Virus record (IMG/VR): IMGVR_UViG_2545824688_000002
Coordinates: 8,428-72,427 of that record
Source of the DNA: a virus
Taxonomy: Duplodnaviria; Caudoviricetes
DNA: 64,000 nucleotides
Direction: 5' to 3' (one strand)
Shown: positions 9,205-19,006 of the stretch, piece by piece
Numbering within the stretch: the first letter of the stretch is position 1
Layout: each line of letters starts with the position of its first letter
Notes under the pieces: generated by a model
Seen by the model: only the letters and a program-made list of their open reading frames with translations
Database searches by the model: none
Told to the model about the DNA's origin: nothing
Program-made: the position numbers and the translations under genes

Positions 9205-9525
9205 TTATTTTGATAGACCGCGTTCAGACTTCCTGCGAAGACGGTCGTTTTCGAACGTTGCTTCGACGTAACTACCGTCCGGGTTTGTCCAAGTATATGC
9301 CGTGACAACAGTCCCGTCGCTTCTCTTATTTTCATAAAGGATTTTTCCTTTATTTCTTAGTTCCTTTGAAACTTCTTGAGCGCTCATTCCCATTCCGATA
9401 TTCTTATACTCTTCATAGGTAAAAGGAGCTGTTTGTAATAGGTACGATGGAATTGTGAAGAGAACCACAACCACGAGCGCGATTACAACAGCCCCTATTT
9501 TTGAACGAGCAAAATTTTTCAACAT
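9205..9525 (-). CDS. Membrane-anchored moron protein with BLIP/DUF3862-like domain
   Basis: N-terminal TM, then YKNIGMGMSAQEV...YTWTNPDGS...ATFEND; AT-rich with its own upstream spacer. Confidence 0.65.
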   Translation of the reverse strand: MLKNFARSKIGAVVIALVVVVLFTIPSYLLQTAPFTYEEYKNIGMGMSAQEVSKELRNKGKILYENKRSDGTVVTAYTWTNPDGSYVEATFENDRLRRKSERGLSK

Positions 9526-9594
9526 GCGACCACCACCGCTCCGAGATTATATTGTCAATATTACCACATTTTGCAATGGTCGCGTAAGTGAAGG

Positions 9595-11550
9595 TTATGG
9601 GATAGTTACTTCAACCAGCTTTCTAACAAAGCCGTCCATTAACCTGTCAATTACCTTCTCGTCATTCAGGTCGCCTCCGGCTGCATTGACTACGAAGGTG
9701 TTACCTGAAATGGTAACTCCTCCTCTACCACTGCCACTGGAGTAATCCTTGTTCTCCTGCGCGGTAAGAACCCGCTCTCCTTTGTGTAAACGGGCGCTGT
9801 ATCCGTCACGCGGTACGTACTCAATCCCGTGATAGTGACTTTGCTTGGGACCAAAGAAGGTGTCGGCAGCCCAATTTCGAAGATCGCTTCCAAGGTTGAA
9901 GCCAGGAACTACCGAGTTTATGGCAGCTTGCCCAAATCCGGTACTGTTAAGACCTTGACGCATTCCTTCTAGTGTAGACGCGGCTATCTTTGTTCCGATA
10001 GAAAGACCGGCCTTTGCGATAGGCGCGGAGTTATCCTCAAGGAATTTTGCAAAATCTTTCGCGACACTAGAGGCTCCGTCTTCTATCAACTGCTTACCGC
10101 TGGTATCGTACCACTCGTTAAAGCGCCCGAGAAGATTTTCCCAAAACGGAGGCGGACCATTCGGTTGGTCAAGCATCTCCATCTGACGGAACTTGAACTC
10201 GGCTTGCCCTTCGACCTTCCACGTTTTCGGATCGTTCAAATATGGGTCGAGGAACTCGCGGATACTCCTTCCGATATCCTCGAAAGTTGCGGCAATCTGC
10301 GGACCGTACTGCTCCGCCATATCCGCGAACATGAGCGTGAGGTCCTTAATCACCGGCAATAACGGCTGCAACGCGGAAATCTGTATCGTTTCAATCGCGC
10401 CAGATAGTTGCTCGATAGCGCCTTTGGCGTTATTCATCTTTTCTTTGGCAACGTCCAGCGCGGTTACCTTCGACATTTCCGCTTGGAATTTACGAACACC
10501 CTCAGCGCCTTCGTTAAACAAGATCGTCGCGCCACGCACGCCATCCGTTCCGAATATCTCAGCCAGCGCGTCCATCCGCGCCTTCGGGTTCAGTTTTTCG
10601 AGGGACTTACGGAGGACGTCGGAAATTTCTGCCAGACTACGCAGTTCTCCCGTTGCGGTGTAGAACTGGTTCTGTCCCTTCTTCGTAATGATCCCGAGTT
10701 TCTGCATGAGCTCGGTGGCTTTCTTCGTTTTTGGCGAAAGGTTCATCATCATTACTTTCAACGAAGTACCTGCGTCCGACCCCTTGAGCCCGTTATTCGC
10801 GAACAAGCCGAGCGCGGTATTCGTATCCCTGAACGACTGCCCAACGCCAGACGCCACCGCCGATACCATCGCGAGAGAGTACCGGAGTTCCATAACACTA
10901 GTTGCGGACGCGTTCGCTGTTCCTGCGAGAATGTCCGATGCCTCCGCTGCTGTCATGGCGTCCCGCTTGTAGGCGTTAAGCGCGGTCGACATGATTTCGG
11001 CAGCGTCCGCAAGGCCGAGCCCGCCCGCTGTTGCGAGATTGAGCGCCGCCTCAAGACCGCCAGCTTCGACAGCCGCCGGAGAAAGACCGGCTTTCAGGAG
11101 TTCCTCGATGCCCTGCGCGGCCTCAAGCGCGGAGTATTTCGTGTCTCCACCCATCTTGATCGCGAGGTCGTTCATACGCTTCATTTCTTCGTTAGACGCG
11201 CCCGTTAACGCTTTGATCGTGGACATTTGCTCCTCGAAGTCCATCGCTTTCTTGAGCGAACTGTACGCGAAACCTACCGTTGCTGCCCCAACTGCAAGTC
11301 CGCCCAGGAACCCCTTTACCCGATTAAGACTGCCGCCAAGTAAATCGAACGATTGCGCCACTTTTTTATTTTCGCTTATAAAACGTCCGTTCTCATCACG
11401 CAGCCGTCCGTTAGCGTCCCGATACGCGTTTGTTGCCCTGGTAACTCGATTGACTGCGTCATCCGTCCGTCTAAAGCTATCGGTAACACGACGGAGTGGC
11501 GAAGTCATATTGTCGACCAGCCGTAGCCGCGCCGTTAAATCATACGCCAT
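9595..11550 (-). CDS. Tail tape measure protein (TP901 family)
   Basis: TKYSALEAAQGIEEL, GLKGSDAGTSLK; position in the tail module. Confidence 0.95.
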   Translation of the reverse strand: MAYDLTARLRLVDNMTSPLRRVTDSFRRTDDAVNRVTRATNAYRDANGRLRDENGRFISENKKVAQSFDLLGGSLNRVKGFLGGLAVGAATVGFAYSSLKKAMDFEEQMSTIKALTGASNEEMKRMNDLAIKMGGDTKYSALEAAQGIEELLKAGLSPAAVEAGGLEAALNLATAGGLGLADAAEIMSTALNAYKRDAMTAAEASDILAGTANASATSVMELRYSLAMVSAVASGVGQSFRDTNTALGLFANNGLKGSDAGTSLKVMMMNLSPKTKKATELMQKLGIITKKGQNQFYTATGELRSLAEISDVLRKSLEKLNPKARMDALAEIFGTDGVRGATILFNEGAEGVRKFQAEMSKVTALDVAKEKMNNAKGAIEQLSGAIETIQISALQPLLPVIKDLTLMFADMAEQYGPQIAATFEDIGRSIREFLDPYLNDPKTWKVEGQAEFKFRQMEMLDQPNGPPPFWENLLGRFNEWYDTSGKQLIEDGASSVAKDFAKFLEDNSAPIAKAGLSIGTKIAASTLEGMRQGLNSTGFGQAAINSVVPGFNLGSDLRNWAADTFFGPKQSHYHGIEYVPRDGYSARLHKGERVLTAQENKDYSSGSGRGGVTISGNTFVVNAAGGDLNDEKVIDRLMDGFVRKLVEVTIP

Positions 11551-11769
11551 CTATCTTCGCCGCCTCCTTTTGACTGGACCGTGACCGCCCGCCATTTTCT
11601 CAACTTCTTCCGCCGCCTTCCGCTCGTCCTCGAGCACTACCGCCATACTCGCGTACATGAACCGTCTAGGACCGTCAGGGGCGTTATAGACCTCGTGCGG
11701 CATGCGGCCGGTTCGCTGAAAAATTTCGTGGAGTAAATACGCCTCACCGCCGCCGCGAATTAGTTTTTT
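11551..11769 (-). CDS. -1 frameshift extension of the tail assembly chaperone (gpGT-like)
   Basis: Slippery A AAA AAC at 11763-11769; -1 frame reads LIRGGGEAYLLHEIFQRTG...FMYASM to TAG abutting the TMP ATG. Confidence 0.8.
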   Translation of the reverse strand, partial: KKLIRGGGEAYLLHEIFQRTGRMPHEVYNAPDGPRRFMYASMAVVLEDERKAAEEVEKMAGGHGPVKRRRRR

Positions 11770-12143
11770 AGTTCGTCATGATCCGTCCCGAAACCGGACA
11801 AATTGTGGATGGCTGTAACGAGCTTGACGATCTCGCCTGGGAGTAGCCGTTTGCCAATTGCCTCCTCTGCTGTCTGTACGCCAAGGCCCGCGAGTAGCTT
11901 CGGGTCGTTCCAGTTCGGCTCTACGCAGCAATGCGCGATCATGAGCAGGCTGAACTTGTCTTCGTCGAATTTTTCTCCGCCTTTAACTGGGTAGGTCGCT
12001 TTTTCAACGAGCCGCTTCCGCTCTTTCTCGTCCAGGGCCCGTACTCGAAACGATGCCTCTTCGCCAAAACGGCGCATTGGCACGTCCTTTTCCGGTTTAA
12101 ACTCCGCGTCAAGTAACGCTTGAATCAGGTTAAACTCCGCCAT
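11760..12143 (-). CDS. Tail assembly chaperone (XkdN-like)
   Basis: CVEPNWNDPKL...LLPGEI...LSGF. Confidence 0.9.
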   Translation of the reverse strand: MAEFNLIQALLDAEFKPEKDVPMRRFGEEASFRVRALDEKERKRLVEKATYPVKGGEKFDEDKFSLLMIAHCCVEPNWNDPKLLAGLGVQTAEEAIGKRLLPGEIVKLVTAIHNLSGFGTDHDELKN

Positions 12144-12204
12144 CTATAAATCATCCTCCGTAGGTTGTTTTCGAAATCAAAAAGGAGTGGCCGAAGCCAC
12201 TCCT

Positions 12205-12645
12205 TTAGTTCTCCGTAATCGGATCGAGCCATTCCACGCCGTCGTACACAAACGGCCACTCTTCCTCTACTAGCGCGCCGTGTTCGAAACGTGCGACGTC
12301 AACCTTCGTGAATTGAACGCCCTTTAAGCGAACCCGCTCAAAGCCGTACGCCTCGGGATCGGCGGTTTTCATGATGATCTCGCAAACAAACGCGCCTCTC
12401 CGATTGTCGAAGACCTGCGCCACTTTCCGCGCTAAGTCTGAAGTAACTTTATACCCAGTCAGGGTTCCGTTGTACTCGATGCCAACGACCTTATTCCCGT
12501 CCGCCCGACTGCCGGAACGCTTAACTTTCTCGTACTGAAATTCGGCCGTGGCCTCCGCACTATGGAAGTTCGTTAACCACTCGCCGTCCATCCAGATTTC
12601 ACCGAATTTACCGTTTATGACCCTGGTCGAATCAAGCTCTGGCAT
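12205..12645 (-). CDS. Tail tube protein (XkdM-like)
   Basis: INGKFGEIWMDG, DPEAYGFERV, EEEWPF. Confidence 0.9.
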   Translation of the reverse strand: MPELDSTRVINGKFGEIWMDGEWLTNFHSAEATAEFQYEKVKRSGSRADGNKVVGIEYNGTLTGYKVTSDLARKVAQVFDNRRGAFVCEIIMKTADPEAYGFERVRLKGVQFTKVDVARFEHGALVEEEWPFVYDGVEWLDPITEN

Positions 12646-12661
12646 CTATTTTCACCGTCCT

Positions 12662-13708
12662 TTATACGTTAACTGTCAGGAAAATCCGCTCGATACTGTC
12701 GACGTGAGCGAACGAAATCAGCAGGTACACCGAATCGCCCACGGAGTCGTAGTCGGGATCGAGCATTACAACTGGCCCCATCAGGACGTTGCTCGCTTCC
12801 AACCGCTCAAGGTACGCCTTGATTGCGGAAATAAGCGCCGCCTGCCCGTCCGGGTTGTTGTCGATCTTGCCGATATACGCGTCCGCCGCCGTCTGCGTAA
12901 TGTCGGTCGCAATCGCTTGGCGAGCGCGAATCACCCGGATTTTCTTACCGGAAGTTACGAGGCCCTGAACGACCTTGACCTTCTCGCCGTCGTTAATTAG
13001 AACGAGCGACCCCGCCTTGAGTGCGTCGCGTACCTGCGTTGGCGTCAAGCGCTTGTTCACGTCATCCAGCGCCACCTGCGCGTACGTGATCGCCTTGTTG
13101 ATCGCCGTCCCAGCGATAAGGCCTGCAATGTAAGGCGCGTACTCTGCGGACGTGTACGTTTTGCCGCTCAACGTTCCACCAACGATCAGATTCGCGATAT
13201 AGTCGTGCTTCAAGCGTGCTGATCGCGCGTTGCCAAGCGCAGGGTCGGCGTCATCGTCCGCCGTGCCACCGGCCACGAACATAAAATGCTTGCCCTCCGT
13301 CCGGTTTCGTTCGACCCACGCTTTTGTCAGGTCTTGTTCGGACGCGTCCGCCTCCTGGTCGAAGACGAACACGTTGAACGAGCGCGAATCGAACGCGTCA
13401 CGCATATCTACGTAGTCGGACGGTTGAGGATCGGCAGGCATCGTATAGACGAGCACCTCTTTCGCGCCGCCCATAAGGACAAGCCGGATAGACGCGAGGT
13501 TGTCCGCGCCGAACAGGTCCTGTGCCTCTTTCTCCTTGCTTACCGTGTAAAATTGCTTGGCTGTCGCCTTGGCTCCGTACTTGAGCAACGGAAGGGCGAC
13601 GATACCCCGCGCCCCGCCTTTGATCGCAGCCGCTGCAGCCTCTACGAAATTGGTATATAGGCCGGGCTCAATCGGAAGGTCGGTCGGGTCCCACGTTCCA
13701 CTAGCCAT
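12662..13708 (-). CDS. Tail sheath protein (XkdK-like)
   Basis: PGLYTNF...GARGIVALP, KKIRVIR, YIGKIDN. Confidence 0.9.
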   Translation of the reverse strand: MASGTWDPTDLPIEPGLYTNFVEAAAAAIKGGARGIVALPLLKYGAKATAKQFYTVSKEKEAQDLFGADNLASIRLVLMGGAKEVLVYTMPADPQPSDYVDMRDAFDSRSFNVFVFDQEADASEQDLTKAWVERNRTEGKHFMFVAGGTADDDADPALGNARSARLKHDYIANLIVGGTLSGKTYTSAEYAPYIAGLIAGTAINKAITYAQVALDDVNKRLTPTQVRDALKAGSLVLINDGEKVKVVQGLVTSGKKIRVIRARQAIATDITQTAADAYIGKIDNNPDGQAALISAIKAYLERLEASNVLMGPVVMLDPDYDSVGDSVYLLISFAHVDSIERIFLTVNV

Positions 13709-13746
13709 CGAATCACTCCTTCGTTGGAAAATAAAAGGCCGGGCTT

Positions 13747-14208
13747 TCACCCGACCGGAATCCGCAACTCATATCGCGGATAAACGTGCATAATTTTGTC
13801 GTATTGTTCTTGCGTCCGTGCCTGCCGTACCTCCGTCTGCAGCACGCCCACACACGCCCACAGACCGCTCTCCGTCCGAAAGGCCGCGCTATAGGCAAAG
13901 CTGTCCGTACGGATATACCGGAGCGTTCCCAAAATCGGAATCATCGTCGTCTTGTCGTTCACCTTTCGGGACACCGTGTCCATCCGTTCGAGAACGGTCG
14001 GAGAGTCTTCGCCAAAAATGACGACCTGATACGCGCGGTCAATCCGGTAGTGGTATCGCGTCTCCGATTCGGTGTCCGTCGTCAGCATACGTACAACAAC
14101 GGTGTTCTTCGTTGGTTTCGAAGGGACTTCGTTCTTAATCTGCGCGGTTGACGGCAGGACGGACTCGATAAATACGCTGACGGACTCAAGATCGTTGGCT
14201 TGCGTCAC
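13747..14208 (-). CDS. Putative tail terminator / neck protein
   Basis: Size and position between gp10-like and sheath genes. Confidence 0.55.
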   Translation of the reverse strand: MTQANDLESVSVFIESVLPSTAQIKNEVPSKPTKNTVVVRMLTTDTESETRYHYRIDRAYQVVIFGEDSPTVLERMDTVSRKVNDKTTMIPILGTLRYIRTDSFAYSAAFRTESGLWACVGVLQTEVRQARTQEQYDKIMHVYPRYELRIPVG

Positions 14209-14214
14209 TTTCCG

Positions 14215-14637
14215 TCACCATCCGTCCTTTTTGAGTTCGCGGCGAATTTCGTTCTCTATCTCGCGCACCCACTTCTTCTCGTTCTCTTTTGCGGGAAGAT
14301 CGAGGAACTTCGCCTCTGTGCCGGGCGTGGTTGGGTTGGTAATCTTGCCCTTGACCTCGTGCAAATAGTACGCGTAGTTGAAGCGTGGCCATTTCGGACT
14401 GTCTTCGATTGCGATAGCCGTTACCTCGCCGACCATATCGAGGCCATCGCCCTCTATTCGCGTATCGATGCCGCGCCGCAACGTTCCCTTGTCCAAGGGC
14501 GCGATGTCAACCGCCTCCTGCCGCCACTCGTCCAACGCATCGTGCATGCCGCGCTTGGCCGCCTTGAACACGGTTTCCGGCACCTTTTCGAGCGCCTCCG
14601 CAAATTTGGAGAAGTCTATCGTTAACTCGCGCGCCAT
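14215..14637 (-). CDS. HK97 gp10-like tail completion protein
   Basis: APLDKGTLRRGI, NYAYYLHE, AKFL. Confidence 0.8.
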   Translation of the reverse strand: MARELTIDFSKFAEALEKVPETVFKAAKRGMHDALDEWRQEAVDIAPLDKGTLRRGIDTRIEGDGLDMVGEVTAIAIEDSPKWPRFNYAYYLHEVKGKITNPTTPGTEAKFLDLPAKENEKKWVREIENEIRRELKKDGW

Positions 14638-15002
14638 TAAACGTCCACCACCGTTATCAAAGACTTTCCGTTAAGCCACGGTTTCACTGCGATATTCAAC
14701 GGCCTGTATTCGAGTGTGTTGCCGTTATCGTCAATGTACGTGAGCTTGTCGTAATAGCCGAGGTGCGGGTGCTTGTCGAAAATGAACGAGCCGACCGATA
14801 CGACTTCTTGCGCGGTCACGCCGTGGACACCGCCCGATCCCGTTGCCGACCGGACGAGTTTCGTACCCTGCGTGAACCGGCACTTGAGTGTGAACGGCTC
14901 GCCCGTGATCGGTCGGTCGTAGCGGTCCGTCACCGGATTGCCGTCCTCATCGCGTAAAACTGGCGTAACGGTTACGCGTTGTTTCAACGGAACTATCGCC
15001 AT
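14637..15002 (-). CDS. Putative head-closure protein
   Basis: Position and beta-rich sequence. Confidence 0.55.
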   Translation of the reverse strand: MAIVPLKQRVTVTPVLRDEDGNPVTDRYDRPITGEPFTLKCRFTQGTKLVRSATGSGGVHGVTAQEVVSVGSFIFDKHPHLGYYDKLTYIDDNGNTLEYRPLNIAVKPWLNGKSLITVVDV

Positions 15003-15397
15003 TACATCACGCTCCATCCTACGCGACGTCTCGATGGGCTCGGCAGGTCTGTGTTGTCCGGGTCCTCACCGATAATGTCGAGCGCTGGTTGTGGAATTAA
15101 GTCAGCCAGTTCGCGCGCCCAATCTCGGAAAGTGAACGAGGCCACGCCCGTCAGCGAGAACGACTGGACGCCCTGGATCGCGAGCTTATTCTGATCGTTA
15201 AATGCCGTAGCAAACGCCGCCGCCGTCTCGTAAACGGCCGCGTCAGGAATCGTATATTTCGGGAACCGGGTCGTCAGCGTGCGAGAGGCGACGTTCAGCA
15301 ATCGTGTTTTACTCGCTTCGTCCGCATCAAACCAGTCCTCGACAACGATCACCCATTCCGCGATATAGGCGTCCGCTGCCGCAATACTTATCGCCAT
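15002..15397 (-). CDS. Putative head-tail adaptor
   Basis: ISIAAADAYI...LLNVASRTL...GVQSFSL; position after head genes. Confidence 0.6.
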   Translation of the reverse strand: MAISIAAADAYIAEWVIVVEDWFDADEASKTRLLNVASRTLTTRFPKYTIPDAAVYETAAAFATAFNDQNKLAIQGVQSFSLTGVASFTFRDWARELADLIPQPALDIIGEDPDNTDLPSPSRRRVGWSVM

Positions 15398-15418
15398 AGA
15401 GCGAATCCCTCCGTTCGG

Positions 15419-15637
15419 TTACTTTGCGGAGGATTTACGCGCTGGCTTGGCGGGCGCTTCGGGCTCCTCCGTCTTTGGTTCGGGTTCGTCAACGCGTTTG
15501 ATCCACGTCGGACACAACGCGTCAAGCACCGCGATCTCTTTCGGATCGTCCGTGCGGTATTGGCCGAAATAATCGAAATGAATCGTGCGACCGCCGACAT
15601 TCACCGCGTACGCCGGGTGTGCTTTGTACTGCGCCAT
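15419..15637 (-). CDS. Small head-region protein
   Basis: SD GGAGG; Pro/Lys-rich tail. Confidence 0.55.
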   Translation of the reverse strand: MAQYKAHPAYAVNVGGRTIHFDYFGQYRTDDPKEIAVLDALCPTWIKRVDEPEPKTEEPEAPAKPARKSSAK

Positions 15638-15649
15638 GCTGTCGCCTCC

Positions 15650-16084
15650 CTACGCCATGATTCCGGCGGCCTTCAATTTCGCCAGTAGAGCGTTGAAATC
15701 CGTCACAAGGCCCGCGATATCCGTTGCGGTACTGTTCGCTTGTGTGGCCGCCTTGGTTGCCGTCAGCTTTCCGTCGAGTGCCGTTTGGAGACCGGTAACA
15801 TTGGCGATTGTGTGCGTATGGTTTCCGGCTGCTGCCGTCGATGCCGTTGTGCCGAGCGCGAGGTTAGACGTGCCCGCGCCGATTGCCGTCCGCGCTGCGG
15901 CGGCGTCGGTGGCGGTCAGAACGCTCTTTCCAACGGCGGTTGCGTCCGTGATTTGGGCGGATGTTACGCTAGTGCCGCCGGACTCTCCCTCTTGCAGCGC
16001 CTTTATGATATCGCCGAGTTTTACGTCGTTTGCGACAGGCATACTTTCGTTCAAGCGCTGTCTGTCTCTATCTGTAATTGGCAC
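15650..16084 (-). CDS. Head fibre / decoration protein
   Basis: C-terminal QANSTATDIAGLVTDFNALLAKLKAAG. Confidence 0.8.
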   Translation of the reverse strand: MPITDRDRQRLNESMPVANDVKLGDIIKALQEGESGGTSVTSAQITDATAVGKSVLTATDAAAARTAIGAGTSNLALGTTASTAAAGNHTHTIANVTGLQTALDGKLTATKAATQANSTATDIAGLVTDFNALLAKLKAAGIMA

Positions 16085-16135
16085 GAGTGCATTCCTCCTT
16101 CTCATAAAGAAAGGGCGGTCAGCGCCGCCCGATCA

Positions 16136-17260
16136 TTAGGAAACAGTTGTAGAGATGTTTTCGAGGATCGCGACCTTCTCTTTCGCGTTCTTAACCTTGA
16201 TACCGTACTCGCCGCGAATCTGACGAGCAACAAAGTCCGCGCCAGGAACGTCTGCCGATACGTCATACAGCGAGCGGAGGGCGTGCATGGACAGAATGTT
16301 GCGGTCGAACAGTACCATCTTGTTTTTCGGCATGTTCGGGTCGACCACGATCACCGCTTCGCTGCCGCCGGTAATGTCGGAAACGAACGTAGAAATGCGG
16401 TGACCGGTTCTTTCGTCGGTTTGAACGGTACGGATCGTATCGCTCGCGAGTTTCGAAATCTGACGCGCCCCTGCGGTATTGGTCAGGATTGTATTGACGT
16501 TACCGCCGCGCAAGTAGACCTCTTCCATGAGTGCGTTCAAGTCCTTGGCTCCGACTTCCGCCCCGTTCAGATTCTTCTTGGCCGCGCCCTTCTTGTCCGC
16601 GAAATACAACAGACCGCCTGTTGTGCTCGGAGTACCTTTGGAAGCCTCGATACGGCGGCCGTAAATCAACCAGTCGTTCATTTCTCGCGCCAGCTCTTTC
16701 ATACGGAGTTCAACCTGGTAGTTCAACTCGTTCGAAACGTTGTAAGTTTTTACGGCCATTTGCGTGTTGGATACGGCAGCATAGCGCTCGATGATTTGAG
16801 TGTAGTTGTAATCTGTATAACGGTCGTGTCCTTCATCTTGGCCCGGCCCCGCGCCTTGCAATTGCGGACGCGCTACGATACGAAGTTCAGCACCAGCCGC
16901 GAGGTCAGCCGCCGTCGTACCGTCAAATCCACGAATAACAGTGATCGTGTCACCGTTAACGGCGGTTACTTTCATGTACTCCTCGCCAGAGACGACGATT
17001 GCGTTCACGCGGAATTTTTCGCCGTCACCGTCGTTAACCACAATGTCCGTAGTGGCGGCAGTCGCGGCAGTCTTCACGTTAGCGCGGTTGGAGTTCAAGT
17101 TATCGCTCATCCACTCAAATTTCGTCTGCGTCAGCGGCTCTCCACTCAACCCTACCAGTCCGAGCAGCGTGGGAGAGTCACTGATAATCAGGTCAATACC
17201 GGCAGAAAGATCGCGTACTTGGTCTTTAAAGTCGTAAGTAAAGTTCATTGGTTGTCCCAT
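16136..17260 (-). CDS. Major capsid protein (DUF5309/SU10-like)
   Basis: NYTQIIERYAAVSNTQ, QIRGEYGIKVKN; follows the scaffold gene. Confidence 0.85.
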   Translation of the reverse strand: MGQPMNFTYDFKDQVRDLSAGIDLIISDSPTLLGLVGLSGEPLTQTKFEWMSDNLNSNRANVKTAATAATTDIVVNDGDGEKFRVNAIVVSGEEYMKVTAVNGDTITVIRGFDGTTAADLAAGAELRIVARPQLQGAGPGQDEGHDRYTDYNYTQIIERYAAVSNTQMAVKTYNVSNELNYQVELRMKELAREMNDWLIYGRRIEASKGTPSTTGGLLYFADKKGAAKKNLNGAEVGAKDLNALMEEVYLRGGNVNTILTNTAGARQISKLASDTIRTVQTDERTGHRISTFVSDITGGSEAVIVVDPNMPKNKMVLFDRNILSMHALRSLYDVSADVPGADFVARQIRGEYGIKVKNAKEKVAILENISTTVS

Positions 17261-17315
17261 AAATTAGAATCCTCCTTGTTTTGGAAAAATAAATAGCCGC
17301 CAATTTAATCAGCGA

Positions 17316-18020
17316 CTACTTTTTCAAAAGGGCTTGTATTTTGTTCGAAAGTTCGACTACCTTGCTAAAATTACGCTGTTTCTTGGCGTCCTCGAGTTGG
17401 GCTTCCAACGTCTTCGCCTCGTCGTTATTGCTGTACCCCGAAGGCCCTCCGATTGTTTTCGGCTCCTTCTTCGCCTGCTCAACGAGATACGATTTGCCCG
17501 CGATCAACGATTCAATGACCGCCTTCACGCCGTCCACATTCCCGTCTTCATCCACGGTAACACCGGAAAAATCCGCCAGCTTATACGCATCTTCCAGCGC
17601 GTCCGCACGGATACCAGCTTCTTTCGCGAGCAACTTAAACTCCGATTTGATCAAGCGTTGGTTCGCGGTAGACATCGTCCGTTGTGCGGCTTCTTCCGCC
17701 TCTTGCGCCTTTCTCAGCGCCTCGGCCTTCTCCGCCTCCAAGCGCTCCTGCGCGGTCATTTCCGCTTTCTTACGCTCTTCTTCGGCCCTCTCGTACTCTT
17801 CCGCCTTTTTCTTGAGGTCGTCATAATCCGCGTACTTTTCGTACTTCTTGCGCTCACGTGCGATGCGGTCTGCGACGATCTTATCGAGCTCCTCTTGCGT
17901 GAACGTTTTCGTCGGCTCGGGATCGGCCGTTGGTGGTTCCGCAGGCGGATCGGTAGGTTCCGGCGTTGGTTCGGAGAAATACTGCAAATCGATAGGAAAA
18001 CGGAATTTTGCGTTATTCAT
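17316..18020 (-). CDS. Capsid scaffolding protein
   Basis: IDLQYFSE leader, KTFTQEELDKIVADRIARE, coiled coil. Confidence 0.9.
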   Translation of the reverse strand: MNNAKFRFPIDLQYFSEPTPEPTDPPAEPPTADPEPTKTFTQEELDKIVADRIARERKKYEKYADYDDLKKKAEEYERAEEERKKAEMTAQERLEAEKAEALRKAQEAEEAAQRTMSTANQRLIKSEFKLLAKEAGIRADALEDAYKLADFSGVTVDEDGNVDGVKAVIESLIAGKSYLVEQAKKEPKTIGGPSGYSNNDEAKTLEAQLEDAKKQRNFSKVVELSNKIQALLKK

Positions 18021-18105
18021 TCGTTACCTCCACGTTTAAGGTCCGCGTAGACCGTAGATTCCGTTGCAGTTTAACGTCATGAACGTTCGGACACGAAAAA
18101 GACGC

Positions 18106-18939
18106 CTACTCGGCGTCCGGTTTTATTCGTCGAGGCGTGAGCGTGTGGCGGCAGTTCGGATGAAACAGGGTGCCCGCCCGTGCCTCGTCAATTGTCGGGT
18201 AGTCTCCGGGATAGTCCGAGGACAACTTGAGAATACGGCCTTCCCACTTCGCACAGCCGTCTTTTGCGCCATGCCGACTGACCTGAAACGTGTACACGTC
18301 GCGACCCAGCGCCTCACTTATCGTTGCCTCTCGGTGTGCCTCCGCCATCTTCGTGCGCGTCAGCATATCAACGTACACTTCTGGCCGCCACCGCCGCCCT
18401 GCCGCGTCAATGATTCCGGTATTTACGGAGTCACCGAGCCTCTTTCGCAGACCATCGAGAATATCGCGGCTGATCGTGCGTCGCCCGTTCACTCCGCGTG
18501 CCATGTTCGCACGCATGGATTCGGCGGTCACCTGACGGACGGCGGCGCGGACTTTCCGCTCGACATTCGTTGTCACCGCGAGGAGGTCCGCCTGCGTATC
18601 CGTAATCACCGCGTCAACCATCGCTTTGTTCATACGGTTGAACTTCGCGATCTTCCGGGCCTCGTCGAACGTGTCCGCGACGCCGAGCGCGTAGATGGCC
18701 GCCGCCACGCCGTCCGTTGCCGCGATTGGCAGATTGCGCGTCACCCATTCGGCGGAAGTTTCGTTCAGCTCGGTAAGGATACGGACAACTTCGGCAAGCG
18801 CCGCCCGTGCGTTGGCGCGCGATAGTTCCGACACGTCCAAGCGTTGGAGTTCGGCGGCAATCCGGTACATGGCGCGTGTGTACTCGGAGACGAGGCGGGC
18901 GATTTCGTATTCGTAATCGGGTTCCGGCGGCTGGCGCAT
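18106..18939 (-). CDS. Phage minor capsid protein
   Basis: IDAAGRRW...YVDMLTRT, CAKWEG, FHPNCRH. Confidence 0.85.
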   Translation of the reverse strand: MRQPPEPDYEYEIARLVSEYTRAMYRIAAELQRLDVSELSRANARAALAEVVRILTELNETSAEWVTRNLPIAATDGVAAAIYALGVADTFDEARKIAKFNRMNKAMVDAVITDTQADLLAVTTNVERKVRAAVRQVTAESMRANMARGVNGRRTISRDILDGLRKRLGDSVNTGIIDAAGRRWRPEVYVDMLTRTKMAEAHREATISEALGRDVYTFQVSRHGAKDGCAKWEGRILKLSSDYPGDYPTIDEARAGTLFHPNCRHTLTPRRIKPDAE

Positions 18940-19006
18940 TGGTCACCACCCCACCTTCGCGTTGTACCAAAGTGTTATCGCGAGAGCCAGCGCGATTACT
19001 GCGGCT

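Noticed and set aside
15740-17296. 518-aa + strand ORF and other long antisense ORFs (e.g. 44253-45281, 10408-11208)
   Set aside because: Shadow frames of well-supported minus-strand genes in GC-rich sequence; no RBS or motifs.
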